64,000 bases of DNA from the human T2T-CHM13v2.0 reference genome, Homo sapiens, in assembly GCF_009914755.1 (NCBI RefSeq), contig NC_060928.1, one strand, 5' to 3'. A program made the position numbers and the translations under genes. This document shows, in pieces, positions 28,245 through 41,405 of this stretch. The notes beneath the pieces were generated by a model. The model made no database searches and was not told the DNA's origin. It worked only from the letters and a program-made list of their open reading frames with translations. Position 1 is the stretch's first letter; every line of letters begins with the position of its first letter.

Positions 28245-28480
28245 TGTGTTCAAGAGCTCAGACTCTATAGGTAGTTAGACCTTAATATGATAATGTCTAT
28301 TTTATGGCCACCATGCTTTTCACTAAGGTATCAATCCTCTTTATACTTCAGTTTCCACGTGTGCAAAAATCACCTCACAGAGTTGATGTGGGAAGGAAAT
28401 GATACAATTCAGGAAACAGCAACAATAAAAGCCAACTAAACACACACTAAACATTACCATGGCTAAATAGCTAATACTAT
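28245..28480 (+). mobile_element. MIR
   Basis: caagagctcagactct...cttcagtttcc...cacctcacagagttg. Confidence 0.55.
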
Positions 28481-28784
28481 TATTAAGAAGAAATGAGTTC
28501 TTACTACTGTTATTTTGCTATTAATATAAGGGAAAGAAAAAGAACCAGAACAACTAGGTGGATTATTTAGAACCCATCATGAACCTGTAATGATGGTAAT
28601 AAACTTGTCCTCTTAAAATCATTGGACTTTGTTCATGTATTACAAAAATTACTTTGTTTTTTCTATGAGGTGACCTACATCCAATACTAGAAATCAAAGT
28701 TTCTATAATCTTCCTTAGATAACATAATGATGCCCTGGTTTATTTCCATTTCAGTCCATTCTACAAATTGCTTTTGGTGTTCTC

Positions 28785-28870
28785 AGAAAGAAAAAGAAAG
28801 AAAGAAAGGGAGAAAGAAAGAGAAAGAAGAAAAGAAAGGAAACGGAAAAAAGAAGAAAAAAGAAAAAAAG
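28785..28870 (+). repeat. GA/A-rich low complexity
   Basis: (GAAA)-like purine run. Confidence 0.85.
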
Positions 28871-29009
28871 ATTGTTATACTCCCTTGCTCATTACCATTG
28901 GCTTTCCATTTCTTACAGAATTAAGCCCAGCCTTCTAAGATTGGCCTTGAGAGTGCTCCATAACATGTCCACTTTCTGCTTTCCCTCAGATAATACGGTG
29001 TAGAAATTA

Positions 29010-29210
29010 AGAGCATTAATCTTGGAATGGGAGCTCCTGGTTCCATTCTTCTTTCTGTGCCTCAGTTTCATTTCTGGAAAATAGGAATAATAATAATACC
29101 TACTTTGTAGGGCCATTGTGAGGCTTAAGTGACTTTGTGTAAACAAGCTCTTAGAATAGTGCCTGGTTTATAATAAGAACTCAATGTTTGCATTATTTTA
29201 CCTGTTATTT
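29010..29210 (+). mobile_element. MIR
   Basis: tctgtgcctcagtttcatttctggaaaataggaataataataatacctac core. Confidence 0.85.
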
Positions 29211-29271
29211 TATCTCCTGCTTCCCATGTGCTTTCTCATGCATTATTTACTTCCATCACATTACTTGTTTT

Positions 29272-30332
29272 TGTTATAGGCTGAATTGTATCCCTCCCAA
29301 TTTTCCATATTGCAGTCCTGACCCCCAGCATCTCAAAATGTGACTGTAGTTGGAGATTAGGACTTAAAGGAGTTCAGTTAAAAATGAAATCTTTAGGGTG
29401 GTCCCTAATCCAATCTGACTGGTATCCTCATAAGAAGAGAAAATTTGGGCCAGTGAAGAGATACCAGGGCTGCAGAGGTGACACTGCTGAACCGGTGAGC
29501 CTGGAAGTTGGGACTGTCATCTCTGTGGGCCAGAGGACAGAATACAGAGCCAAAGAGGACTATTAAGGAGGCTTAAAGTCTAATGGAATTTGCCTTGCTA
29601 GGTTTCAGATTTCCTTGGGACTTATGACCCCTTCTTTCTGATTTTTTCATTTTGAAATGAGAATGTCTATGCTATGCCTGTCCCACTATTGTGTTTTGGA
29701 AGCAGATAACCTGTCTAGTTTCACAAGTGCACAGGTGGACAAAACATTTGCCTCAGGATGAATCAAACTTGAGTCTCACTCAAACTTGATTTAGATGATA
29801 TTTAGATAAGATTTGGGACATAATAGTTGATGCTGGAATATGATAAGATTTTGGGGTTGTTGGGATGGAAGTGAGTGTATTTTGCATGTGAGAAGGACAT
29901 GAATTCTGGAGGGCCAGAGGTCACAGCGTTATGGGCTGAGCTGTATTTCCCTAAAATTTATACATTGCAGTTCTAACTCTCAGTAACTCGGAATGTGGCT
30001 ATATTTGAAGATAAGGTATTTACAGAGATAATTAAGTTAAAATGAAGTCTTTAGAGTAAGCCCCAATCCAATCTGACTGGTGTCTTCATAAGAAGAGGAA
30101 ATTTGGACACACAAAGAGACACCAGAGGTGTTTGTGCACAGACTGAAGACCATGTGGGGACACAGTGAGAAGGTGGCCATCTGCAAACCAAGCAGAGAAG
30201 CCTCAGAATAAACTACACCTGCCAACACCTTGATCTTGGACTTCCAGCCTCCAGAACTGTGAGAAATAAATTTCTCTTATTTAAGCCACATGGTCTGTGA
30301 TAGTTTGTTGTGGCAGCCCTAGTAAACTTATT
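29272..30332 (+). mobile_element. MLT1A-type MaLR provirus remnant: partial 5' LTR (29272-29470), 3' internal (29471-29926), 3' LTR (29927-30332)
   Basis: Two homologous LTR starts sharing c(t/c)aatccaatctgactggt(a/g)tc(c/t)tcataagaagag; MLT-int motifs aatggaatttgccttgctaggttt and ttgcatgtgagaaggacatgaat. Confidence 0.85.
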
Positions 30333-30399
30333 CCCAAATAGACTCTGCATTCCGCATTCTCCACATCTTTACACACACTGTTCTATTTCCTTTGGATGT

Positions 30400-30675
30400 T
30401 CTTTCCTTCAAAGCTGCCATTCTGCAAAACTTAGTTCAAATCATAACTCCTCCATAAAATCTCTTCATGTTCCCTCAGTTGAAATTGCTTTCCCTTCTCT
30501 ATTCTTTCATAAGCATGCTGTTTGGTTGTGAATTAAAGAATATTCACTTTTGACTTAGCTTTACCATAAGTTTATGAGCTCCTGAATGGTAGAATATGGT
30601 GTATGTTTAAAAATCTTCAGCCAGTCACTGTGCTTTGTAATAGTAGACTCTGAGTAAATATTGAGTTGAATTGTT
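30400..30675 (+). mobile_element. L2 3' end
   Basis: tatgagctcctgaatggtaga...tagtagactctgagtaaatattgagttgaa. Confidence 0.55.
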
Positions 30676-32028
30676 GACTCAGGTTCTATGATGACAGTCT
30701 CATTTATGTTTTCTCTTCATTCTGACTTCCATAGAAAACTTAATATATTGTAGACTGTTAGCATTAATAGACATTGGCTAACATAAACCAGGCGCGTGGC
30801 TTGATTATCTTGTAGGAAAACCTGCACCTAGATAGTTGGCTGGGGCTTACAGAAATCACAGGACTTTGCTCAGGTACTTGTGAAAAGCTTTCCATGCATT
30901 CACTGACCTAATTCTCACAAGGTCTAAATGAGTTAGGCTATAGTATGGTGACTTACAGGTGACAAAGCAGAGACAAAATCAATAAATTGTGCAGGGCTAC
31001 ATACCTAAGATGTGGTAGAGACAGGAAAAGAGCTCAGAACTTTCAGATTTCAGAGTTCATGCCAGAAGGATGAACCTCTACAATTCTGAATTCAAGGGTT
31101 CAATCATTTCCCCACATGTGCTTCTCATAGCATTTTCCATGACTTTCTGCAGCCAGGAGCTTTGGATTTGGCTGCTGGGAGCATAAGAGATACCTCAGGG
31201 TCCCTTTTCATAATGGAGAAAATAAAAAGATGCTTACATTAAGGATGATTGGTGAGATTGAGGCCACATCCTCAAGTCCAGGGATTTCTAGCTGCCAATG
31301 TAACATTTGTTAGAATCAGACAGCAATATATCCTGTGAAGGCAATATTCTCTGGGAGATACTGCTGACCTGGTAATGCCTGTTCTAGAATCATGGCCTGG
31401 GGGAAGGACGTCTTGTCATTTCAGATATTTATATGCCAGTGCCCTGAAGGAATTGTTTTTATTAGCTAGTTTTAAAAACTAATGTTTATTTATAATAAAA
31501 ACTCAAAATAGTTCAGAATGTAAGAAGGTGAAGGTGTTAAGTCCCTGCCCCACTCCCTCTAATTTTTTCAGAAAGGTTATATGCATTTATGAGCATTTAG
31601 GAGAATAAATTAGACTATTCTCTACATTTATTTGCTTTCTTCTTTTTAATGACCATGTGCATTTCTGTTGTGTACGGATGCAATAAACATCCTTATACAC
31701 TCATCTTTGGGTGCTTGCGGTAGTATTTCCTAAAGTAGAAGTCTGGAGAGAGGGGCTCTTTACCTTGTGGCTTTATGAAGAAGGCAAAATAGCCTGTTTA
31801 GAATGACTAAACTATCTCTGCAATGAAAACTACAGATAATTAAATATATTTATGTATAACAATTTACAAAGAATATGCAGAGAGTGGTACCTGATGATGA
31901 TCTACAGTCTTTTTTGCTACAGGACTGATGACAGCTGTTAGCAAGGCCATACTGGATTACTTTTTTCCAAGGCCTGGCCAACTTGTGGCAGAGAATGTGG
32001 TCCTCTGTGGGTCCCATGCATTCTTTCA

Positions 32029-32599
<571 letters not shown>

Positions 32600-33074
32600 G
32601 TCTGCTTCTGACATCAAGAAATTTTATAATAAATATTTTCTTATGCACATACTCAAAACATGGTCTTTTAATACTAAATAGTTACAAATTTATTTCTCCA
32701 GAAAGCTTTACTCCTCCCAAACTATAATCTGGACAGTGGTTTCCCCCTACTTTCCTTGTCAACCCCAGGAAAAGATGTCATATTTATCTCTCTCTCATCT
32801 GATCCTGGTGCTTCTGGGTTTTCTTTGGGAGTTTGTTCTCTCTGCCATTATGTTTTGCTGACAGCGGTGATGTTGGGAAGAGCATTTATTTAGCATTGCT
32901 TTTGACAGAGTCATTCTGTCTTTCAAGCTCAAGTTGAAAAATAAAACCCCATTGTGCTGCCATGACACTTCCTGTACAGTGCCAATAAAACATCCCTGCG
33001 TCTCATCTCATCTTATGTTAACTTATGGGCATTGCTGTTTGATCTTTTTCATTCAGTGTCCTGAGGGTGATAGC

Positions 33075-33860
33075 ACACACAGCCTACTCACAGCCAAAGA
33101 AGTGCAGCAATGGGCCCTTGCTCTTGGAATTCACTGGTCTTACCGTCTTCCCCATCAGTCTGTTACAGTGCCAGCTAGGTGACAAGTCTTTTCAGGGCCT
33201 GGACCATGTTCTCCAGAAGGCTGTACATGCTCTGAATTAGTGCCCAATATTGTTACTGTTTCTCGCATAGCCAGAAGCAATGGGTCTAGGGATTAAGAGG
33301 AAATGGGAATGACATTACTCACCATTACCCCTAATGACCCACTGGCAAAATTTTTGCTTCTGGTTCTTACAACTTTATGCTCTGGTGGTCTGGCAGTCTT
33401 TGTCCCAGAGGGAAAACTACTCCCACCAGGAGACACAGCAAAGATTGCATGGAGCTGGAAGTTAAGACTGCCACCTGGCCACTCTGGGGTCCTCATGCCT
33501 CTGACTCAGCAGGCTGAGAGGAGAGTAAAGGTGTTGTCTGGGGTGATTGATGTGGACTGCTACTCCACAATGGAAGTAAGGAAGAGTATGTCGGGAATAC
33601 AGGATGTCTCTCAGAGAGTCTCTTAGTATTGCCAGGCCTTGTGATTAAGATCAATGGGAAATTACAACAACCATATTTGGGCAGGACTAGGAATGACTCA
33701 GATCCTTCAGGAATGAAGGTTTGTGTCACCCTGCCAGGTAAAGAACCATAATTAGCTGAGGTGCTTGCTGAAGAGAAAGGGAATATAGATTGGGTAATAG
33801 AAGAAGGTGGTTATAAATACCAGCTACAACCACATGATTAGTAGTTACAGACATGCAGTC
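33075..33860 (+). pseudogene. ERVL (HERVL/MLT2-int) pol remnant: integrase core plus dUTPase-like domain
   Basis: TAKEVQQWALALGIHWSY (integrase) and LLPPGDTAKIAWSWKLRLPPGHSGVL..VLSGVID (ERVL dUTPase-like); frameshifts and deletions. Confidence 0.85.
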
Positions 33861-34303
33861 TGTAATTGCCATGAGTACTTTCTCTCTATTTTGTTAATAA
33901 TATTTTTGTATGTATTCATATACATGTATGTGCATGAGTGTATATATATAATAAATATGTATGTATGTGTATATATACATATATAAATGTATATACAAAG
34001 AAAATATCTTTTTCTTCCTTCCTAATTCCTTTCTCATATAATGTAAAATGTATTGAGTTTATATGAGTATTTAAGTATTATTAATTTTATATCATAATAT
34101 TTACATTGTGGGATATCAGAAGAGGAGTAAACATCATTTAAGGACTTTATTTCCTCTTCTGGAAAAGGGATTAGTGTATTTTTGGTTGTACACAGGATAA
34201 TTGTATCATGCTAGGAGGAACTATAGCCTTGTTATTGTCTTTATTCGGAGATTAAGTGTGGTTTAAAGAGGTGAGTATGGTACCAAGTTGACAAGGGGTG
34301 GAC
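33861..34303 (+). mobile_element. ERVL 3' internal region with polypurine tract
   Basis: Ends gtaccaagttgacaaggggtggac immediately before the LTR; includes a TA-rich stretch at ~33905-33995. Confidence 0.8.
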
Positions 34304-34906
34304 TTCTGATAGTCAATTTTGGTTGTCAATTTGACTGAATTAAAGGATACCCAGATTGCTGGTAAAGCATTATTTATTCCTAATCATTGCATTATTTATT
34401 CTCAATGCTTCAGTCAGTACTGAGGCTGTCCCTCTTTTGTGAAAAGGAAACCCTGGTGGTTTGGCATTTGATTAGAATAATTGGGTTGCCCCAGGTATAT
34501 CTGTGAGGGTGTTTCTGGAGGAGATTGGTATCTGAGTTGGTGGATTGGCAGGGGAAGATCTGCCCTCAATGTGCACCGGCACCATCCAATTGGCTGGGGG
34601 TCTGGATAGAACAAAAAGGTGAAGGAAGGGTGCATTCTTGCTCTCTCTCTTCTCTGGCCATTGGACATCAGAACTCCAGGTTCTCTGGCTTTTGGGTTCT
34701 GGGACTCACACCAGTGGCCCCCTGGGCTTTTGGGCTTTCTGCTTCAGACAGGGGTACACCATTGACTTCCTTGGTTCCGAGGCCTTTGGACCTGGACTGA
34801 GCCATGCTACCAGCTTCCTTGGCTCTTCAGCTTGCAGATGGCCTGTCACGGGACTTCTCAGCCTCCAGAATTGAGTGAGCCAATTCCCCTAATAACTCCC
34901 TGCTCA

Positions 34907-34946
<40 letters not shown>

Positions 34947-35033
34947 AATCTCTCTCTTTCTTTTTCAATCTCTCTCTCTCTGTCTTTCTCTCTCCTATTT
35001 GTTCTGTTTCTCTGGAGAACCCTGACTAAAACA
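34304..35033 (+). mobile_element. MLT2B-type LTR with internal (CT)n at 34907-34993
   Basis: tgtcaatttgactgaattaaaggatacccagattgctggtaaagcattatt...tctctggagaaccctgactaaaaca. Confidence 0.88.
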
Positions 35034-35159
35034 GATTTTGGTGAATTGACTACAGAGATTTTATAGATGTTTGAGTCTTTATTGGATAGATAGTTGGAAC
35101 AAAAATCTCATTTTATTATAAAGGAACAGCAACAACAACAACAACAAAACACACTACCA

Positions 35160-35575
35160 GAGATTGTGGTTATCCCCCAATGGCCGTTCTCCCTTTCTAG
35201 TAAAATACATATGCTAAAAGATATCTACCTGAGCACATGGCTACCTACCTAAAGGTCGTATCCCAGCCTTCTTTGTGGCTAGTTGTGACCAAGCAACTAA
35301 GTTCTAATGTAATAAGAGTAGCAGTGATGGGTGCAATATCCATACTGTGCCCTTAAAAGAAAGAAGTAAAATTTGCCCAAGGAAGTATTTCTGCCTCCTC
35401 CTGGCTGGAATGTGAGCATGAAGTCCTCAGGGGCTGTAGATAAAAGGAGCTGGGTCTCTGATTCTTGTGGCAATCGTATCAGCCCTGGATCTTCTAGCTG
35501 AACTGTTTTGTGAGAAAAAAAATATACTTCTGTTTTATTAAAGATACTGTTGTTTTCAATCCTTTTGTTATAATG
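35160..35575 (+). mobile_element. MLT1J-like LTR
   Basis: cccagccttctttgtggctagttgtgacc...actaagttct...cctggctggaatgtg...aggagctgggtctctga. Confidence 0.7.
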
Positions 35576-36209
35576 GAAATACATACACACAGTACAAGTA
35601 AATAAATATATATACACACACACACGAAAACACACATACACAATCTTAATAAATTATTCAGATGAGAACAACAAACTTTTTGATGGGATGTCTTACATTA
35701 AAAATATGTCAATGTCATTGCAACTTGTTTTTTCCTCCCGTTTTTACAATTAACATTGTCTTTTGGCAACGTTGATGAAACTTCGCATTACTTAAACATG
35801 GAATGATGAATAGGGACAGTTAGACTAATAAGGCATAAGTCAATCAGGCTTTCTGCTGAGATCATAACCTACAGTTACAGCATATTTTGCAGCAGTAAGT
35901 TCTTAAGGGCTTGAAATAAACTTGAAATTTGTAAATGTTTCCAAGCTAAGTATAACTTTCATGTGATTTAGGTACTTAAATTTGTGCTTAAATTATGAAT
36001 TTACCTAAAATTGAACATTCTACTAGTTTTTCATAAAATGTGTTCAACCAATCACCAACTTCTGAGATGTTACAAATGAAAAGGTTGATTACTTACAATT
36101 AATCTTTTATTCTCAGGGAAGTGGAAGAAGGTGTAGGCTGGGGAGGGGACTATTGAAGATGGGATGGGACTAATGAGCATTGGAGAAAGAGGAAGAGCAA
36201 ATGGTCCAG

Positions 36210-36370
36210 AATATTCATTAATTCAATTATCAAACATTTATTTAGTGCCTGTATTAGTTCATGTATTATACTAGGTGCTGAGGGTTCAAAGACTAATAAT
36301 GTTTAATTTCTGTCCTTAAAGTGCTTATAATATAGTTAAAGAGGTAAAAATGGAAACTGACTGTAAAACA
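36210..36370 (-). mobile_element. L2 3' end
   Basis: ttcattaattcaattatcaaacatttatttagtgcctgta...ctaggtgctgaggg. Confidence 0.7.
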
Positions 36371-38937
36371 AAATAAAGTCATTGATTCTTCATTTCATTA
36401 ACTTTTATTAATTTCTAGAGGCAATTGTATGTTGGATCAGTCAGAGTATTCCACATTCCTGGACACAGTAATTTGTTCAGGGATGTGCGAATAACCGTGG
36501 CCAATTAGAGACTCTTGAGATTTGATGTACAGAAACTGAAAAAGAGAGGGTCTCTTTTTTTCTGAATCATTAGTTTCTATCACTTGCAACCAGAAGATTC
36601 CTGATATAACCTATGCATGAATTTTCTGGAAGGCATTAGGTACCTGATAATTTTAAAAAATAAATGAAAAAGTGGATAATTTATTTTTGTGTCATACATA
36701 CCCCAGATGATGTCTGCCTTCACATTCATCTTTGTTTTTGTGCCTCCCACTCCCATACTTACTACCTTCCAAGTAAGATGCAGTATTTCTTTGCATTCTT
36801 CAAGATGAAAATGGACTCCATCAGGCATTGATGAGTGACGCTGATTTCCTTGAGGATATATAGAAGGGAGTGAGGGGTGAAAATACAGTGCACGACAATC
36901 AGCTTTGTACTGCAAACCCCCTCCTTGGTCTTCTCTTTCTAAGTCTCAGTGTGGCCCTTCGTGTTGGTCTTCCTGTTACCTCTTCACTTTTCCCATAGTC
37001 TGTACATTTCCCAGTTCTGGTCCCCAACCCCTGGATCTTTCTTACTCAGAGTAACATATCTATGCCCCAACTCATCCAAACTTACATGCCTTCACCCATC
37101 CCTCCATTCAACAGAAAAAAGATACCCCAGATATCTTTTGGAAATCTACCTTCCTTAGAAGATAGCAGAGAGAATATAAATCACAACATTTTTGAGTCAT
37201 TATACAAACCGACCAAAGAATACAACATATCTGAGTCTAGATATGTTAAAATTAGATATGTAAAGGATTTAGGTAGGTGTGGGTTGGGGCAGCTTCCAGG
37301 AATAGAAGGATGTATTCCAGTCTGAGAATTTTCCTTTCATTGGATATATTTTATCAAGTTTGTGTTTCCATAAAAACTCCATGTAAATATGTATTTTTAC
37401 TACAAGATATTTGACCTGATCGACAGTTTGCTGATAGATATTTGACCTCAGAGGTGGGCGAGTGGAAGGTCAAGAAGTCATCAAAGAGTATCTTTACCCT
37501 CCCAGATAAAGTTTGCAAATGAGAAAATGGGTAATCATTGCTATTCTACCATCTCTATGTTTCTCCCTTTTCTCCCATCCTTTTCTTTCAGTTCTAACTT
37601 TCTCAGGCACTAAGGTTTAGAAGGAAGTTCTTCATGGAGAACTGGGAATGCCAAGATGCACCAGGTCTTGGGTTGGATACACTGATTACTACTTTTAAAG
37701 TCAGGACTTTCTTTTCACCTGAAATAATGGTTTGACATACTCATGGATATATTTTAAGCCCTGGAACAAAAATAGGATGTAGATGTTTATAAATTTAGAC
37801 TCACAGGACAACTATCCACAGTTTAGTTCTCGTGGAATTAAAACACATCATTCCGATTCTTTTGCATATCCAAAGGCAGTTTGTCCCATTTCATTTTCTT
37901 TTTTTTTTGTATTACTAGTGGTTTAAGTGTATCTCTGTAAGGCTTCTAAAGCTATCTAGAAGTTAGGCAGAGTATAAATAACCGGTCATTATATGTAGCA
38001 TTCACTCTGTTTTGCTGCCATTACTAAACCATTCAAGCAATGTTGTTGCAATGTGTAATATTAGCAGAAGACTCCCTGGGGAAGCATATAAGTGGATGTT
38101 TAATATTCTGCTTGTTTCTCAGTTCATCTCTTCACAGCAGAGGTGTTAGAGCATGTTCAAAGTTCAGTTGAAAAAAAGATAAAATCTACAGTATCAGAAC
38201 ACAGCATAAACATGCTACTGTAATTCATAGAATTGCTTTTGCTTTAGCATTTTTGCTAAATTAGGAGATCATAAATTAGTTAAGTCAATCTGCTCTTGAA
38301 ATTTTTATTCCTTTTTAGATATTTTCAAATGAACACACAAAATATTTCCCACAAGCCTATATATCAGAAGTAATTTCTCAGTGGCTCGGTCAAAGCAGTA
38401 TAGATAAATTTAGAAGCCAAGTGAGTTTTTCACTGAAATACTCAGTTATAAACCTAGCTTTTGAGAAGAATTAGCATGTACTTCATTTGTTTTTTTCTCA
38501 TAATATCTCATTGATGACTTGGTAGAATTCAAGTTTAGTCTTGAGATATGAATCTGATAAAAGTATAGTAAATCCTGGAACTACTGGCATTTTAAGAAAA
38601 TGGGAAAACAGTGCATATGAATGAATATTCAACCAAGTGCTGTTGTGAAACCTGGCCCTAAAGATTTTCAGAGAAATATTAAACTGTCAAGGACCTGCTT
38701 AGATTTGTAAACTAATCACCTGGACACAGAACATGTTGCTATTGACTGCTGGGTTCTTTGAAACTTTAAAATAACTTTATCCTCTCGTTGCACTAATTAG
38801 TTGTAGCTGTCAGCTTCATGCAGAAATCCCTTTGAGAGTTCGCTTGGGGAGTTATATCATATATATATGTGGAACATGTATGTATGTGTGTGTGTGTGTA
38901 TATATATAGATTATACATATGTATATTTATATACTTT

Positions 38938-39422
38938 GTTGTGTTGTGTTATAAATCAATCCAAAGCTTAATAGCTTAAAACCAAAGCCATTTCTTTAAC
39001 TCAGGAGTCTATTGTTCAGCAATTTGGGTAGGGCTCAGATGGTTCTTCTGCTGATCCTAACTGGACACACTCATGCATCTGTAGTCAACTGCTGGTCGCT
39101 ATGCTGCTCTGCTTCTGGGGTTGACTGGTGGTGGGTGGGGTGCCAGGGATGACTGGGTCACATGTCCCTCATTATCTTGCAGGCTAGTCTGGGCTCATTC
39201 ACATGGTGACTCAGAGTTCTAAGGACAGCCAGAAAGAGGACAGGCCCTACCACACAAGTGCTTATCAAGTTTCTGCTTGGATCACATTTGCTAATGTCCC
39301 ATTGCCCAAGGGGAGTCTGTTGGCTGAGCCCAGAGTCAGAATGGGAGGCACTCGTGGTTGTATGGCAGGGGTCCTAGATACAGGAAAGAGATGAACTTGT
39401 GACAGTTTTACAATCTATCACA
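38938..39422 (-). mobile_element. Old MLT1 (H/I/J-class) LTR
   Basis: aatagcttaaaacc...gggctcagatggttcttctgctg...catttgctaatgtcccattgccca...caatctatcaca. Confidence 0.75.
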
Positions 39423-39509
39423 GTAATACAGATGGCTTTGGGCAGCCAGAAGTAGCTGTGGATGATGTTTGTTAATAGCTGTAAGAGTCTTTGAGAAATC
39501 ATGCCATCT

Positions 39510-39900
39510 TGTGTAGAAAGGCAGCATGGTGTTTGGAAATACTCTTGACCTTGGATTCCAAAGAACTGGCTTCTTGTTCTGGCACTGCTACTCTTTCATT
39601 GCGTGACAATGGAAAACTTTCTGAATTTCTCTGGGTCCCTAATTATTCAACTGTTAAATTGAGGTATCATTTCTAGGATTTTAAAATTTCAAATAAATGC
39701 CTTTGTTTGTGAGATACTGAAAGATTTAGAGAAGAATTAAAAAAAATCGTAAAACCATAGAGCTCATTGAGTCCAACATCTTGCTCTTAATGATGGGGAA
39801 AATGAGGCCCAGAGAGACTTACTCAAGGCCCTAGAAAAAGTTAGTTGTGGAGCTGGCCCTAGAAGTTAGGTCTCTCTGATTTCTAGCTCACCAACATTTT
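39510..39900. mobile_element. Two MIR fragments (39510-39670 +, 39750-39900 -)
   Basis: tgtgtagaaaggcagcatggtg...; gatggggaaaatgaggcccagagag core. Confidence 0.65.
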
Positions 39901-41035
39901 CTCTATCCCTGGGTGTTTTGTCAACAAGGTATCAGGAACATATTTATTTTCAAGTACAGTTAGCATTCCACACATAAAATTCATTTAACTTACTTGAAGT
40001 TTTATTCAAAGTTTTAGGTATCATTATAGGTAAACAACTTTGAGGTATATTTGTACGTGCATGGTAGTTAGCAATGAGATATAGCATTTGAGGCTGATCT
40101 TGATGGGGTTACTCATGCATCTGTGCTCAGCTTGATAAAGACCACCTTAAAACAAAACATTTTGTGATAAGTCCAAAAAGTGCTCACTGCATTTTCTGAA
40201 ATTCACTCCTCCCCCATTCTGCCAGTTGCTGCTTCTGATCCCTGATGGGTCAGGCTCAGGAGGGGAGGGTGTGGGAAGTACATGGACAAGGGATAAAGAG
40301 CACATAGAGTGGTTACTCTAGAATCTGACACCAGTGAGCTCTTTATGCAGCAGATAGACAGTAACTGGCACTTGTTCTCATGGGACCCTTTGGTGAGTTC
40401 ATTAGAGGTCCTGCACTGGGGACCTCTGACTGCAGCCTCTTGAACTTCTGTTGAGGTCAATTTACTCTGTGGGGTGGTTGTCTTTGATATAAAGCTCAGC
40501 CATCTCCCCGTAGAGTCCTTTCTCCTTACTCTGTTGCAATCTAATCTAGCCATAATCTTTCAGTTTTAGACTTACACTCTTGAGAGTCAGGCACCAGTGT
40601 CTCTGTCTGTCAAATTCCTGGGGTCACTTGCCAAGTTTTTGTTGCATCTCATTGGAGAGAAAGTGCCCATTATTCTCCCCCTTTGAAGTGGGAGAGAGAC
40701 ACCATGCTGCTCAGGAACAATATTTTCTCTTCAATATCCTCTCTCCCCAACATCTGCATTAAAATCCCCTCTCTCCAACATCCTTAACACCTATGTGAAT
40801 TCTTTGTCTCCTCTTGTGTAGCTTGAAAGTGGTAACCATATGATGTTAGCATGGTTTCCAGTCTCTCAGCACATCCAACTTACGTAGTTTAGCCCCTTAT
40901 TTTAGAATGTGGGCACCTAGCACCTGTTGAATTATTTTAGCCCTTAATTCTTGCTGAAAAAGAGTATATAAGAAGAGTGACTTTAGTTTCTTCATCTGAA
41001 AGACAAAGAGGTTAGACTTCTTGCTCTTTGGACAT

Positions 41036-41405
41036 TGCTATGGACTAATTTGTGTCCCATGCCCCCCTCCAACTTAGATGTTTAAGTCCTAACCCTCAAT
41101 GTCACTGTATTTGAATATAGTGCTTTTAGGAGGTAATTAACATTAAGTAAGATCAAAAGCACGGGGCCCTAATCTGATAGAGCTGGTATCCTTATGAGAA
41201 GAAGAAAACAGAGAGAGGATGTATGTGAGGACATAGTAAGAAGGTGGTCATTTGCAAGCCAGGGATAGAGCACTCACAAGAAACTGAACCCTACTGGACA
41301 TTGATCTTGGACTTTCCAGCCTTCAGAACTATGAGAAAACGCATTTCTGTTGTTCAAGCCACGCAGTCTGGTGTTTTATTATGGCAGCCTGAGCAGACTG
41401 ATACG
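41036..41405 (+). mobile_element. MLT1A-type solo LTR
   Basis: tgctatggactaatttgtgtccc...ttgatcttggactttccagccttcagaactatgagaaa...gcagactgatacg; TSD gacat/gatgt. Confidence 0.88.
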
